DNA from: Myxococcales bacterium
GTDB taxonomy: Bacteria; Myxococcota; Myxococcia; Myxococcales; UBA5297
Assembly (NCBI GenBank): GCA_049841135.1
Contig: JASGHK010000008.1
Location: 211,272-275,271 of the forward strand
DNA: 64,000 nucleotides
Reading direction: 5' to 3'
Part shown: positions 49,406 through 58,974 of the stretch, one piece after another
Position numbering within the stretch: the first letter of the stretch is position 1
How the letters are laid out: each line of letters starts with the position of its first letter
Position numbers and translations under genes: made by a program
The notes under the pieces: model-generated
The model's database searches: none
Told to the model about the DNA's origin: nothing
What the model saw: the letters and a program-made list of their open reading frames with translations, nothing else

Positions 49406-50565
49406 CCGCGCTCCCCGAGCAGCAGCAGCACGTAGGTCATGTTGTGGGCGTAGGTCGGGGTGTAGCGGCCGTTCTCCTTGAGGGGGCCGAACTCCGCGAA
49501 GGACGGGAAGCCGACGAGCGGCAGGCCCCGCGGGAAGACGCTCGAGAGGGCGCGCACCTCGTGGTCGATCTGGTCGCCCAGCAGCCACTTGCGGCCCGCG
49601 CAGCTGACCACCAGCGCCGCCGCCGGCTGGAAGTCCAGGGTGCGCGCGCTCTCGGCGATGGCGTAGACCTCACGGACCAGGTCCTCCGGCTCGGCCACGC
49701 AGACCCCCACCCGCTGCCCCTCGGCGATGCCCCCGTACAGGGCCAGCCCGCCGCCGGGCTTGTCGAACTCGGGGATCACCGAGCGCAGCCGCCGGAGCCC
49801 CGGGTGGACGCCGTCGAGGATGGCCAGCGACACGATGCCCCGGTCGGTCCGCAGCGCCGGCTTGCCCGTCTCGCGCTCGACGAAGTCCATCGCCGGCAGG
49901 TCGTCGATGCGCGCCAGGCGGGTCCCCGCGGCCTCGGTGACCCGCCCCGGCGAGCCGATGGTGCGCAGCGCGTTGCCGACCGTGATGTCGAAGGCGAGGT
50001 CCCCGTAGGCCCCCAGCAGCACCAGCGCGTCCTCGAGCACCTCGTCTCCCGAGTACACGAAGCAGCGCTGCAGGCGGTCGTCGTCCGCGGCCAGGCCCCC
50101 GACCAGCGGCACGCGGGTGCCCAGGCCCAGCGCCTCTTCGATCCTCGAGCTGTCGGTCCGGAAGTCGGAGGCCATGAAGAGCAGGGCCGGCTCGCCGCCC
50201 GGCCCCGACTCGCGCAGCCGCTGCAGGCACTGGCGGGTCGCGCCCACGGGGTCGGCCCCCACGCCCCGCGCCTGCGCGGTGACCCAGCGCACCCGGCCCT
50301 CCGTGCTCACCCCCAGCGCCGCGGCGCCGTAGTGGCTGACCCGCGCCGACTCGTAGACGCCGTCGCCGCTGTTGCCCACGACGACCACGCGCTCGTCCTC
50401 CAGCGCGTCGTGCAGGCCCGCGAGCAGGTCCGAGTTCTCGCCGCAGTAGTGGATGCTGGTGAAGAGGAACGCCACCTCGGGGCTCACCGGCTTGAGCGCC
50501 TCGCCGAGGCTGACCCCGGCGCGGTACGGGTCCGACGTGGAGGTGCTGGCGGACAAGGCGAGCAT
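49402..50565 (-). CDS. FIST-domain sensory protein (FIST_N + FIST_C)
   Basis: The 387-aa protein shows the typical FIST signatures (…ALLFMASDFR…; …VGFPSFAEFGP…) and no transmembrane helices. It is the first gene of the FIST / histidine kinase / response regulator operon. Confidence 0.7.
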   Translation of the reverse strand: MLALSASTSTSDPYRAGVSLGEALKPVSPEVAFLFTSIHYCGENSDLLAGLHDALEDERVVVVGNSGDGVYESARVSHYGAAALGVSTEGRVRWVTAQARGVGADPVGATRQCLQRLRESGPGGEPALLFMASDFRTDSSRIEEALGLGTRVPLVGGLAADDDRLQRCFVYSGDEVLEDALVLLGAYGDLAFDITVGNALRTIGSPGRVTEAAGTRLARIDDLPAMDFVERETGKPALRTDRGIVSLAILDGVHPGLRRLRSVIPEFDKPGGGLALYGGIAEGQRVGVCVAEPEDLVREVYAIAESARTLDFQPAAALVVSCAGRKWLLGDQIDHEVRALSSVFPRGLPLVGFPSFAEFGPLKENGRYTPTYAHNMTYVLLLLGERG

Positions 50566-50718
50566 TGGGTTGCGTCCGCGTCACGCCCCCAACCCGTCGG
50601 AACTCGCGTGGCGCCCTCTGCGCGTCGGCCACCCGTGACGCGCTGAAACGAATATTGGCAATCCCGAGGCGGCGGCAACCTGCGCGGCGCGCTCGCCGGG
50701 CTCGGGGCCACCGCCCGT

Positions 50719-50925
50719 TCAAGGCGTCGACGAGGAGGCGACCGGCGACGCCACCCCCGGCAGCCCGCCCCCGGCGGCGGCGAGCTCCAGCGCCCTCTCC
50801 AGCTCCGACGGGTCGACCGGCTTGGTGAAGTGCAGGTCGCAGCCAGCCTGCGCGCAGCGGCGCTGGTCCTCGGCCCGCCCGTAGCCCGAGACCGACCCGG
50901 GGGACCTCTCGGCGCGAAGGAACAT
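50719..50925 (-). pseudogene. Orphan fragment encoding only the C-terminal third of a receiver domain
   Basis: The sequence MFLRAERSPGSVSGYGRAEDQRRCAQAGCDLHFTKPVDPSELERALELAAAG matches the alpha4-beta5-alpha5 end of REC domains (…A…GADDYLTKP.D..EL…). No N-terminal half is present. Dispersed repeat scars flank it. Confidence 0.4.
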
Positions 50926-51100
50926 CGAAGGCGGTCATGCCGTCGAGCAAGCCAGAGGGTGCGCCCCTCGAGTAGGACTGCGGGGCTATCGCTGGCGGTC
51001 ACCTGGACTGATGGGAGCGCCCGCCCTGGATGAAGGTGGCCGAAAGGTGATCTTCCTCGACCGCTCGTCCCATCGCGCCCCCGGCGGCAGGCCGGCGACC

Positions 51101-52177
51101 CTACGACGCAGCGAAAGTGTCGGGGAGCTTGGGCCGGTCCGGCGCCGTCCCGAAGCGGGCCTTGAGCGCCGGGCCGAAGGCGCACCGGACGATCAGCGCC
51201 CCCAGCGCCGGCCATGCACCCTCCAGCCATGAGAGGAGCCGGGTGCCCCAGCCCATCACCGTCCGCGGCCGGCGGGCGAGCAGCGCCTGCAGCACCACGT
51301 CCGCCACGCGCTCGGGCGGGACCAGCTTCGTCCCCATCCGCGCCCACAGGTCCGCGAAGGGCCGCTCGGCGGCGGTGTCCGCGGGCGCCGGACAGACGTA
51401 GGCCAGGCGCACGTCCACCCCTTCGATCGCCAGCTCGCGGTTGAGCGCCTCGCAGAACCCCGCCAGCCCCGCGCGGGCGGCGACGTCCGCGGCGTAGTAC
51501 GGCAAGGCCAGGCGCCCGTCACCGAAGCCCCCGACCAGTGCCAGCGTGCCGCCGGGCGCGACGCGGCCCACCAGCGCGCGGGCGAGCAGCATCGGCGCCC
51601 GCAGATCCACCTGCAGCTGGGCGTCGATGTCCGCCACGTCGTGCTGGGCGAACGGCTTGCGCACGTCCACGCCCGCCGCGGACACGACGTGGTGGACGGT
51701 GCCCAGCCGCTGCGCCACCGACTCGATCTGCGCGGCATCGGCGAGGTCCACGGGGTGCGCCTGCGCGCCCAGCTCGGCGGCGAGCGCGGCGAGCTTCTCG
51801 GCATCGCGGCCGACGAGCAGGAGCTCACCCCCTTCGCGACGCACCGCTCGCGCGATCGCGCCGCCCAACCCTCCGGTCGCTCCAAAGACCGCGACGCGCC
51901 GACCGGCGAAGCTCTTCCCGGTGCGGACCTTGGGCGCCCGGAACTTCGCGATCACCTCGGCGCCCAGGTAGAAGCCGCCGACCCAGAAGAGCAGCTCGCC
52001 CGCGGCCAGGCAGGCGGCCCCGAGGGCCACGCGCGTCGCGGCCTCCACGGGGAGGAACGGCACGACCAGGAAGGCCGCGAACCAGACCGGGAAGGACGCC
52101 ACCACCGCGGTCCAGGCGGCCGCGCGCAGGGCGCGCCGCAGCGCGCTCGGCGCCGCAGGTCGAGGGGAGGTGCTCAT
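51101..52177 (-). CDS. Short-chain dehydrogenase/reductase family oxidoreductase with an N-terminal membrane anchor of about 70 aa
   Basis: ATG 52177 follows an AGGGGAGG ribosome-binding site and overlaps the TetR stop (ATGA). Two transmembrane helices precede the Rossmann motif VAVFGATGGLGGAIARAV and SDR body. The long six-frame ORF 51101..52858 is an artefactual N-terminal extension. Confidence 0.75.
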   Translation of the reverse strand: MSTSPRPAAPSALRRALRAAAWTAVVASFPVWFAAFLVVPFLPVEAATRVALGAACLAAGELLFWVGGFYLGAEVIAKFRAPKVRTGKSFAGRRVAVFGATGGLGGAIARAVRREGGELLLVGRDAEKLAALAAELGAQAHPVDLADAAQIESVAQRLGTVHHVVSAAGVDVRKPFAQHDVADIDAQLQVDLRAPMLLARALVGRVAPGGTLALVGGFGDGRLALPYYAADVAARAGLAGFCEALNRELAIEGVDVRLAYVCPAPADTAAERPFADLWARMGTKLVPPERVADVVLQALLARRPRTVMGWGTRLLSWLEGAWPALGALIVRCAFGPALKARFGTAPDRPKLPDTFAAS

Positions 52178-52751
52178 TTCGACCTCCCCTTCTTCTGGCT
52201 CGCACGGGCCCGCGGCGGCGTTCGGGGTTTGGGTTCTGGCTGGGCGATGGCGAGCAGGCGGTCGGCGAGCTTCGCCCGGTCCGAGTCGGACGGCGGCGCC
52301 ATGTCGAGCAGGTCCGCGTACCAAAGACCGTCCAGGGCCAGGCGCACCAGCAGCGCCGTGGTCCGGTCGCCGGTGCACGCCTCCAGCGCCCGGTCCCACT
52401 CGGAGTACCTCTTCCGGAAGGGCTCGAGCAGCGCCGGGGCATGGGCGACGGCCGCCACCAGGCTCGCGGAGAGCGCCTCGTCGGCCGGGTCGGCCTCTTC
52501 CAGCGAGGCGCGCACGTACCGCTCCAGCATCCCGTCGGCGGGCCCGGTCAGGCGGGCCTCGAAGCGCCGCACCAGCCGCTCGACGAGCGCGGCCACCAGC
52601 GCCTCCTTGCTGGGGAAGTGGTAGAGGACGCCGCCCTTGCTGGTGGCCGACTCCGCGGCGACGGCGTCCAAGGTCAGGCAGGCCGATCCGTCGCGGCGGA
52701 CGACCCGGGCGGCTGCGTCCAGGAGCTCTCTCTCCGACTCGGTCGAGGCAT
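52174..52751 (-). CDS. TetR-family transcriptional regulator, with an apparent 1-nt frameshift in a (GA)n run near 52726-52734
   Basis: The helix-turn-helix reads …RELLDAAARVVRRDGSACLTLDAVAAESATSKGGVLYHFPSKEAL and is followed by a TetR C-terminal domain. The in-frame stretch has no start codon. ATG 52751 (MPRPSRR...) falls into frame if one base is added in gagagagag, which gives MPRPSRREELLDAAARVV.... Confidence 0.7.
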
Positions 52752-52823
52752 GGCGAAACGATACCGTCCAGACGGTACAGTTTCAACCGATTCGCCGGAC
52801 CCGAACGAGAGAGCAGCCAGCGC

Positions 52824-53723
52824 TCAGTGGAAAGCGATTTGGAAGGTCTTGTTGGCATCGACGGTCTGCCCGTCCAGGCAGTAGGACGCCACGCAGGTTC
52901 CGGTCGGGTCGTTCAGCTCGCGGGCGCCGGACCAGGCCTCGCCGTAGAGCACGTAGCTCTGGCCCTGCGGAATCAGGGCGAACTTGGGGAAGACGCACTC
53001 GCTGTCGACGCAGGAGCTGAAGTCGAAGGCATAGGCCGAGCGGAAGACCTGGTTGACCTTCGGGTCGTCGTCGATGCGGCTGCGCGTCGTCGCGTCCTTG
53101 CAGTTGCCCAGGGCCTGCAACTGCGAGCAGTTGATCGTCGAGCCGTCGGGGCGGCGGGAGTCGACGAAGCGCACCACCGCCGACTGGGGCTTGGAGCTGC
53201 CCGTGAGCGTCCCGCCGACGACCAGCCGGATGCCGACCTGGGAGGTGATGGCGTCGCCGCGATAGGTCGCCGCGCCCGGCGCCTTGCAGTAGCCGCCCAG
53301 GCACACGTCGGTGACCATCTCGTCCACGATGTCCCCGCAGATGCTCTGCCGGGAACAAGGCTTGGGCGGCGGCGGCGCGCAGGCGCTCGCCGTGGCGCAG
53401 TCCGAGTCGGCGCAGTCGGTCATTCCGTCGGCGTCGGAGTCCACCGCGTCGGTGCAGTTGGTCTCGTGCGTGTCCGCGGTGCAGACCCCGGAGACGCAGG
53501 TCTTGCCCGTCGCGCAGAAGCCGCAGTGGACGTCCCGGTCCTGGCCGCAGCGGTCGGTCGCCTGGATGCGCTGGCAGTCCTTGCCTTGCGCCTGGCACAG
53601 CTCTTCGGCGGACTCGGGTTCGCACAGCGCGGCGTCGGGCGAGCCCGTGCTCTCGGTGCTGCAGGCGGCGAAGGCGGCGACGAGAAGAAGGAGGACGAGG
53701 CGCGAGGTGCCGCGGCTGGGCAT
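52824..53723 (-). CDS. Cys-rich secreted lipoprotein with no recognised domain
   Basis: The signal and lipobox are MPSRGTSRLVLLLLVAAFAACS. The protein has many paired cysteines (CEPESAEELCQAQGKDCQRIQATDRCGQDRDVHCGFCATGKTCVSGVC...). Confidence 0.6.
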   Translation of the reverse strand: MPSRGTSRLVLLLLVAAFAACSTESTGSPDAALCEPESAEELCQAQGKDCQRIQATDRCGQDRDVHCGFCATGKTCVSGVCTADTHETNCTDAVDSDADGMTDCADSDCATASACAPPPPKPCSRQSICGDIVDEMVTDVCLGGYCKAPGAATYRGDAITSQVGIRLVVGGTLTGSSKPQSAVVRFVDSRRPDGSTINCSQLQALGNCKDATTRSRIDDDPKVNQVFRSAYAFDFSSCVDSECVFPKFALIPQGQSYVLYGEAWSGARELNDPTGTCVASYCLDGQTVDANKTFQIAFH

Positions 53724-53888
53724 AAACAATCTCCGATGCGTTCCCCCGGTGGCCCGCCCCATTGTGCCAAAAGAGCGCTCTGCCGTTCATTCCTTCTTTG
53801 AGAGGCGATTGGGAATGGCCGCGCGGCGCAGATCACGAGCGCTGGCGCTCCCGCCGCGCGAGCCCGTCGATTCCGAGGAAGACCTTGC

Positions 53889-54593
53889 CTACGGCCGCGC
53901 CTTGGCCGGCACCGCCACCTCGTCGGCCAGCACCACCTTCACGTCCCAGAGGCAGTCCTTCTCCTCGCTGGCCTTGGGCTCGAGCTTGCCGATCCAGGGG
54001 AGCTGCGCCAGGTCCTCGGCGACGAGCTTGGCGCCCTTGAGCGCGAACTCCTTCTGCCGGGTGCAGTACTCGATGCGGCTCGGGCCGGCGTCCACGGTCA
54101 GCTTCGGGCCGAGCCACACCACCGTCACGTCCCTCTTTCGGTTCTGGTCGATGAGGAAGTCGAGCAGGTAGTGCAGGCTGCGCGGCTTGACGGCCTTGCC
54201 CTGCAGGATCACGCCGATCCGCTTCTCGCAGCCGCCGAGGCGGCAGTAGTACGCGCCCGACTCGAGCATCGCGCCCGGGGCGTCGGACTTGACCACCATC
54301 GCCCGCTCGGCGGTGACCTGCAGCTTCGCCTGGTAGTCCTTCTTCAGTCCCTTGCAGGCGGGGCCGGTGCAGCCGGTGGCCTTCACCGAGATCGTGTCCC
54401 CGTCGAGCGTCCAGGTGCCGGCGACGTGCGTCTTGCCGGCCTTCTCGACCAGCTCCGAGCGGTACCGGTTCTCCGAGTCGAAGGCCACGTAGTGCTCCGC
54501 GTTGCCGATCTCCGCGCCGTCGACGAAGTCCGTGACGGTCGGCGTGGGCACGGCCGCGAGCAGGACGGCGGCAAGCAGGTGCGAGGCGTTCAT
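53889..54593 (-). CDS. Secreted hypothetical protein
   Basis: ATG 54593 gives MNASHLLAAVLLAAVPTPTV (signal peptide). The rest is a clean ORF with protein-like composition. Confidence 0.55.
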   Translation of the reverse strand: MNASHLLAAVLLAAVPTPTVTDFVDGAEIGNAEHYVAFDSENRYRSELVEKAGKTHVAGTWTLDGDTISVKATGCTGPACKGLKKDYQAKLQVTAERAMVVKSDAPGAMLESGAYYCRLGGCEKRIGVILQGKAVKPRSLHYLLDFLIDQNRKRDVTVVWLGPKLTVDAGPSRIEYCTRQKEFALKGAKLVAEDLAQLPWIGKLEPKASEEKDCLWDVKVVLADEVAVPAKARP

Positions 54594-54682
54594 GGGCTTC
54601 CCCCAGGATCGAGACGAGGTCCCGATAGGACCACGCCGCGCGCGGGGCCGACAAGCCGGCTGGCTGGCTGAAAGCAGCCGGG

Positions 54683-57600
54683 TTGCGCGGGTCCTTCTGG
54701 CGCCGGACACTGCCGCTGGCGGTCGGGCCAGACGCGCACCCTTCGGGCCCCGGAGACCTCGTGACGCTCTCTCAGACCCTGGCCAGCTACCTGCCGCGGA
54801 TGGTCGTCGACTTCGTCGCGCGCCGCCCGCGAACCGAGGCGGCCGACGCAGCCGAGCAGCTCTTCCCGGCGGCGGTGATGCTCGCCGACGTCTCCGGTTT
54901 CACCCGGCTCGCCGAGCGCCTGCAACAGCAGGGTCCGGCCGGGGCCGAGTCGCTCACCCGCATCCTCAACGCCTACTTCACCCCGCTCATCGAGCGGATC
55001 CACGCCCGCGGCGGCGACGTCGTGAAGTTCGCCGGCGACGCGATGATGGTGCTCTGGCCGGCGACGAGCCCCGCGGACCTCGGCCCCTGCGTGCGCGCCG
55101 CCGCGCTCTGCGGCCTGGAGCTGCAGGACTGGTCGCGGCACGGCCAGACGGCGCCCGCGGACGAGCAGCTCTCGCTCAAGGTGTCCATCAGCGCGGGGAC
55201 CATGCGCCTGTGCCACGTCGGCGGCGTCGCCGGCCGCTGGGAGCTGCTGGTCACCGGCGAGCCGCTCGCCGCGCTCAACCATGTGACGCACGGCGCCCAG
55301 CCCGGCCGCGTGCTGGTCACCCTGGACGTCGCGCAGCGGCTCCCCGGCGCGCACCTGGCCAAGAGCGGCGAAGGGGACTCCTCCTTCCTCGACGCCCTGC
55401 CGGACCCGGTCGCCGCCTCCTCGCCGGCGACGATCCCGGATGCTGCCCCGGCCGGCATCGAGGACGGCCTGCGCGCCTACCTCCCCAGGGCCGTGCTCGA
55501 CCGCCTGGACCAGGCGAGCTTCCTGTCCGAGCTGCGCACCGCGACGGTGATGTTCGTCAACTTCCCCAACGCCACCTACCAGACGCCGCTCGCCCGCGCG
55601 CACCTCATCGCCCAGCTGCTGCAATCCACGCTCGACAAGCACGAGGGCACGCTCAACAAGCTCTCGGTCGACGAGAAGGGCGTCTCGATGGTGGCGGCCT
55701 TCGGCCTGCCGCCCCGGGTCCACGAGGACGATCCGGCGCGGGCGGTGGCGACCGCGCTCTCGCTGCACGAGGAGCTGGCCCGGCTGTCCGTCGTGCACGC
55801 CATCGGGCTGACCACCGGCCGCGTCTTCTCGGGCGTCGTCGGCAGCCCCGAGCGGCGCGAATACACCGTCATGGGCGACTCGGTGAACCTGGCCGCGCGC
55901 CTGATGCAGGCCGCCAAGGGCGACGTCCTGGCGGACGAGGCGACCGCGTCCGCAGCCCGCTCGCGCGCCACCTTCGAGGCCGTCCCGCCGCTCACCGTCA
56001 AGGGCAAGTCCGAGCCCATCCCCGCCTTCCGGCCGACCGCGCTCGTCCAGCGCTCGGTCGCCGCAGCCGCTGCCGCCTCGGGGGCCCCGACGATGATTGG
56101 CCGGGAAGCGGAGCGCGCCCGGGCGGCCGCCGCGCTCTCGGCGCTCGAGGACGCCTCCGCCCGCTCCGGCCTGCTCCTCGTCGAAGGCGAGGCCGGCATC
56201 GGCAAGTCGGTCTTCGTCGCGCAGATCCGCGCCGACGCCGGGCAACGGGGCCTGCGCACCGTCGTCGGCTGGGGCGACGCCGTGGAGTCCGCCAGCCCCT
56301 ACTTCGCCTTCCGCGCCGCCCTCAAGGACCTCGCCGGACCGGGTTCGCTCGACGAGCGCCGGGCGCGACTGCTCGACCTGCTCGACGGCGACTCCGCCGC
56401 GCTCGCCCTGGCGCCGCTGCTCAACGCCGTCGTGCCCCTGGGCCTGCCGGAGACGCCGTTCATCACCGAGATGGCGGGCGCCCTGCGCGCCGACAACACC
56501 CGCGATCTGCTCCTGCGCCTGTTCGCAGGCGCCGCGCGGCGGGCCCGGACGGTCGTCTTGCTGGAGGATGCGCACTGGCTCGACTCCGCCTCGCTGGCGC
56601 TGGTGCTCGCGCTCCACCGCCAAGTCCGGCCGCTCCTCTTGATCGTCTCCACCCGTCCAGTGCCCGACCCCGCGCCGCCCGAGCTTCCGCGCGCTCGCCG
56701 ACGCCGCCGGGCCGAGCCGCCTCGTGCTCGAGCCGCTCTCTGGCGAGCAGACGACCAGCCTCGTCTGCCGCCGCCTGGGCGTCGACGCGCTGCCGCCCCA
56801 GGCCGCCCGCCTCATCCAGGAGCGCGCCGCCGGCCACCCGTTCTTCAGCGAGGAGCTGGCCTTCGCGCTTCGCGACTCGGGGGCGTTGAAGATCGCCGGG
56901 CGCCGCTGCGAGAGCTCGCCGGCGGAGCCGACGCGCTCCTGGGAGCGGGCCTGCCCGAGACCGTGCAGGGCATCATCTCCAGCCGCGTCGATCGCCTGCC
57001 GCCCGCCGAGCAGCTGACCCTGAAGGCCGCCAGCGTCGTGGGCCGGGTCTTCGGCCTGGACGTGCTGGAGGCCATCCACCCCCAGCAGCCCGAGCGCGCG
57101 CCCCTCTCCGATCAGCTCTCCCGGCTCGAGAAGCTGGACCTGACCCCGCTCGACTCCCCGGTGCCGGTGCCGACCTACCTCTTCAAGCACGTGGTCACGC
57201 ACCAGGTGGTCTACGACTTGATGCTCTTCTCGCAGCGGGCCGAGCTGCACGGCCAGGCAGCGCGCTGGTACGAGGAGAACCGCGCGCAGGAGCTGGCCGC
57301 ACACGCTCCGCTGCTCGCCCACCACTGGAGCCGGGCCGGCGACCCGGCGAAGACGCTGGGCTACCTGGAGAAGGCGGGCGAGCAGGCGCTGCAGAGCGGC
57401 GCCTACGCCGAGGCGCGGCGCTTCCTGGCCGAGGCCGACCGGCTCGACCGCGAGAACCCATCCCTGCTCGCAGGTCGCGAGGCCAGCCTCCGCCGCGCAC
57501 GCCGGCAGCGCCTGCGGGGAGACGCCGAGCTGTGCCTGGGCAACCTCGCCGAGAGCCGCGCGCACCTGCTCGAGTCCGTCCGGCTCCTGGGCTCGCCGCT

Positions 57601-58867
57601 CCCCGCTTCGCGGCTGAGGTGGGCGATGGCGCTGGCCGGCCATGCCCTGCGCCAGCTCGCCCAGCGCCTGCTGCGCCGCCCGCCCGAGGCCGACGCCTTC
57701 CGGCGCGAGTGCGCCAACGAGGCGGCGCAGGCCTATGAGCGGCTGGGGCCGGTCTGCATCTTCTTCAACCTCCCGCCCGACGCCTTGTTCTGCTCGCTGG
57801 CGGGGACCAACCTCGCCGGCCGCGTCGGGCCCTCGGGGGTGCTCGCCAAGGCCTTCGCCAACTTCGCCATCGGCCTCTCGGTCGCTCCGCTGCCCGCCCT
57901 GGCCGAGCGCTATGCGCGCCTTGCGCTCTCCCAGCTCGGTCCGGCGACCCCGGTGGGCGCCGAGGCCTGGGTCCAGGAGATGGTCGCCCTGTTCTGCACC
58001 GGCGCCGGCCGCTGGGACGAGGCGGTCGCAGGCTTCCGCCGGGGCGCGCAGCTGCACCAGACCCTGGGGGATCGGCGTCGCCAGGAGGAGTGCGAGCTGA
58101 TCCTCGCCGTCATCGGCCACCTGCGCGGCGACCTCGCGGGCTCGCTGGCGAGTGCCCGGGAGGTGGCCGAGACCGCCGGCCGGCGCGAGGACCGGCACAT
58201 GCTGGGCGGCAGCGGCGCCATGGTCGGCCTCTCGCTGCACCGCCTGGGCCGGTTCGACGAGGCTGCGGCCACGGCCGAGCAGGCCGCCGGCAACGCCCGG
58301 CAGGTCCGCGCCCGCCCCGAGCTCATCTGGGCGCTGGGGGTGCAGTCCGCGGCGGAGCTGGCCCGCGGCGAACGGGAGCGGGCCCTCGCCGCCGCCCAGG
58401 AGGCGGTGCGGACCATGGCCGGCCTGATGCCCACCGCGGCCTGGGTCCTCGAGGGCTACGCCTGCACCGCCGAGACCCTGCTCCGCCTGGCCTCGGAGCG
58501 ACCGGAGCTCGACGGCCTCGCCCGCGAGGCGTTCGCCGGCGTCGAGCGGTGCGCCAGGAGCTTCCCGTGGCTGCGGGCGCGCCGGGCCTACCTGGAGGGG
58601 CTTCGGGCGGACCTCGCCGGGGACCGGGAGAAGGGCACTCGCCACCACCTCCGGGCGGTCACCGCGGCCCAGGCGCTGGGGAGCCTCGTCGACGAGGCCC
58701 TGGCGCTGCAGGCCATCGTCCTCCTCCCCCGGCCGGAGAGGCCGCTCGCCGCCCCGCTCGCCGCCCCGGACCGGCGGGAGCGCCTGCGCGAGATCGAGCG
58801 GCGCACCGGCCTCGTCCTCCCCTTGGACCCGGCCTTGGCAGGGTCTCGGGACCAGGCGATCTCCTGA
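54683..58867 (+). CDS. Multidomain signalling protein: two tandem class-III cyclase homology domains, a STAND/AAA ATPase and a long TPR-like C-terminus. Two compensating 1-nt frameshifts lie near 56660-56690 and 56895-56915
   Basis: Cyclase homology domain 1 reads LADVSGFTRLAE...GGDVVKFAGDAMMVLWP. Cyclase homology domain 2 reads ATVMFVNFPN...AAFGLPP...GLTTGRVFSGVVGSPERREYTVMGDSVNLAARLM. The Walker A motif is GEAGIGKSVFV. Between 56690 and 56910 the conserved STAND segment RALADAAGPSRLVLEPLSGEQTTSLVCRRLG...AAGHPFFSEELAFALRDSGAL lies in the +1 frame (ORF 56724..57017) while the main frame reads nonsense (PELPRARRRRRAEPPRARAALW...). The main frame then resumes, followed by about 600 aa of helical repeats. 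Confidence 0.8.
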   Translation: MRGSFWRRTLPLAVGPDAHPSGPGDLVTLSQTLASYLPRMVVDFVARRPRTEAADAAEQLFPAAVMLADVSGFTRLAERLQQQGPAGAESLTRILNAYFTPLIERIHARGGDVVKFAGDAMMVLWPATSPADLGPCVRAAALCGLELQDWSRHGQTAPADEQLSLKVSISAGTMRLCHVGGVAGRWELLVTGEPLAALNHVTHGAQPGRVLVTLDVAQRLPGAHLAKSGEGDSSFLDALPDPVAASSPATIPDAAPAGIEDGLRAYLPRAVLDRLDQASFLSELRTATVMFVNFPNATYQTPLARAHLIAQLLQSTLDKHEGTLNKLSVDEKGVSMVAAFGLPPRVHEDDPARAVATALSLHEELARLSVVHAIGLTTGRVFSGVVGSPERREYTVMGDSVNLAARLMQAAKGDVLADEATASAARSRATFEAVPPLTVKGKSEPIPAFRPTALVQRSVAAAAAASGAPTMIGREAERARAAAALSALEDASARSGLLLVEGEAGIGKSVFVAQIRADAGQRGLRTVVGWGDAVESASPYFAFRAALKDLAGPGSLDERRARLLDLLDGDSAALALAPLLNAVVPLGLPETPFITEMAGALRADNTRDLLLRLFAGAARRARTVVLLEDAHWLDSASLALVLALHRQVRPLLLIVSTRPVPDPAPPELPRARRRRRAEPPRARAALWRADDQPRLPPPGRRRAAAPGRPPHPGARRRPPVLQRGAGLRASRLGGVEDRRAPLRELAGGADALLGAGLPETVQGIISSRVDRLPPAEQLTLKAASVVGRVFGLDVLEAIHPQQPERAPLSDQLSRLEKLDLTPLDSPVPVPTYLFKHVVTHQVVYDLMLFSQRAELHGQAARWYEENRAQELAAHAPLLAHHWSRAGDPAKTLGYLEKAGEQALQSGAYAEARRFLAEADRLDRENPSLLAGREASLRRARRQRLRGDAELCLGNLAESRAHLLESVRLLGSPLPASRLRWAMALAGHALRQLAQRLLRRPPEADAFRRECANEAAQAYERLGPVCIFFNLPPDALFCSLAGTNLAGRVGPSGVLAKAFANFAIGLSVAPLPALAERYARLALSQLGPATPVGAEAWVQEMVALFCTGAGRWDEAVAGFRRGAQLHQTLGDRRRQEECELILAVIGHLRGDLAGSLASAREVAETAGRREDRHMLGGSGAMVGLSLHRLGRFDEAAATAEQAAGNARQVRARPELIWALGVQSAAELARGERERALAAAQEAVRTMAGLMPTAAWVLEGYACTAETLLRLASERPELDGLAREAFAGVERCARSFPWLRARRAYLEGLRADLAGDREKGTRHHLRAVTAAQALGSLVDEALALQAIVLLPRPERPLAAPLAAPDRRERLREIERRTGLVLPLDPALAGSRDQAIS

Positions 58868-58974
58868 CCCGTGGGCGTTCGCCCCCGAACGTGATATTTG
58901 CCTGTAGCTTCTAAGCTCTTCGACGATCCCGGCGGCGCATCGCCCGTCCGGGTGCCACACGAGGGAAGCGGACC

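Noticed and set aside
50484-51347. A 287-aa ORF overlapping the receiver fragment and the duplicated esterase fragment
   Set aside because: Its composition is not protein-like. It spans non-coding repeat scars and is out of frame with the receiver fragment.
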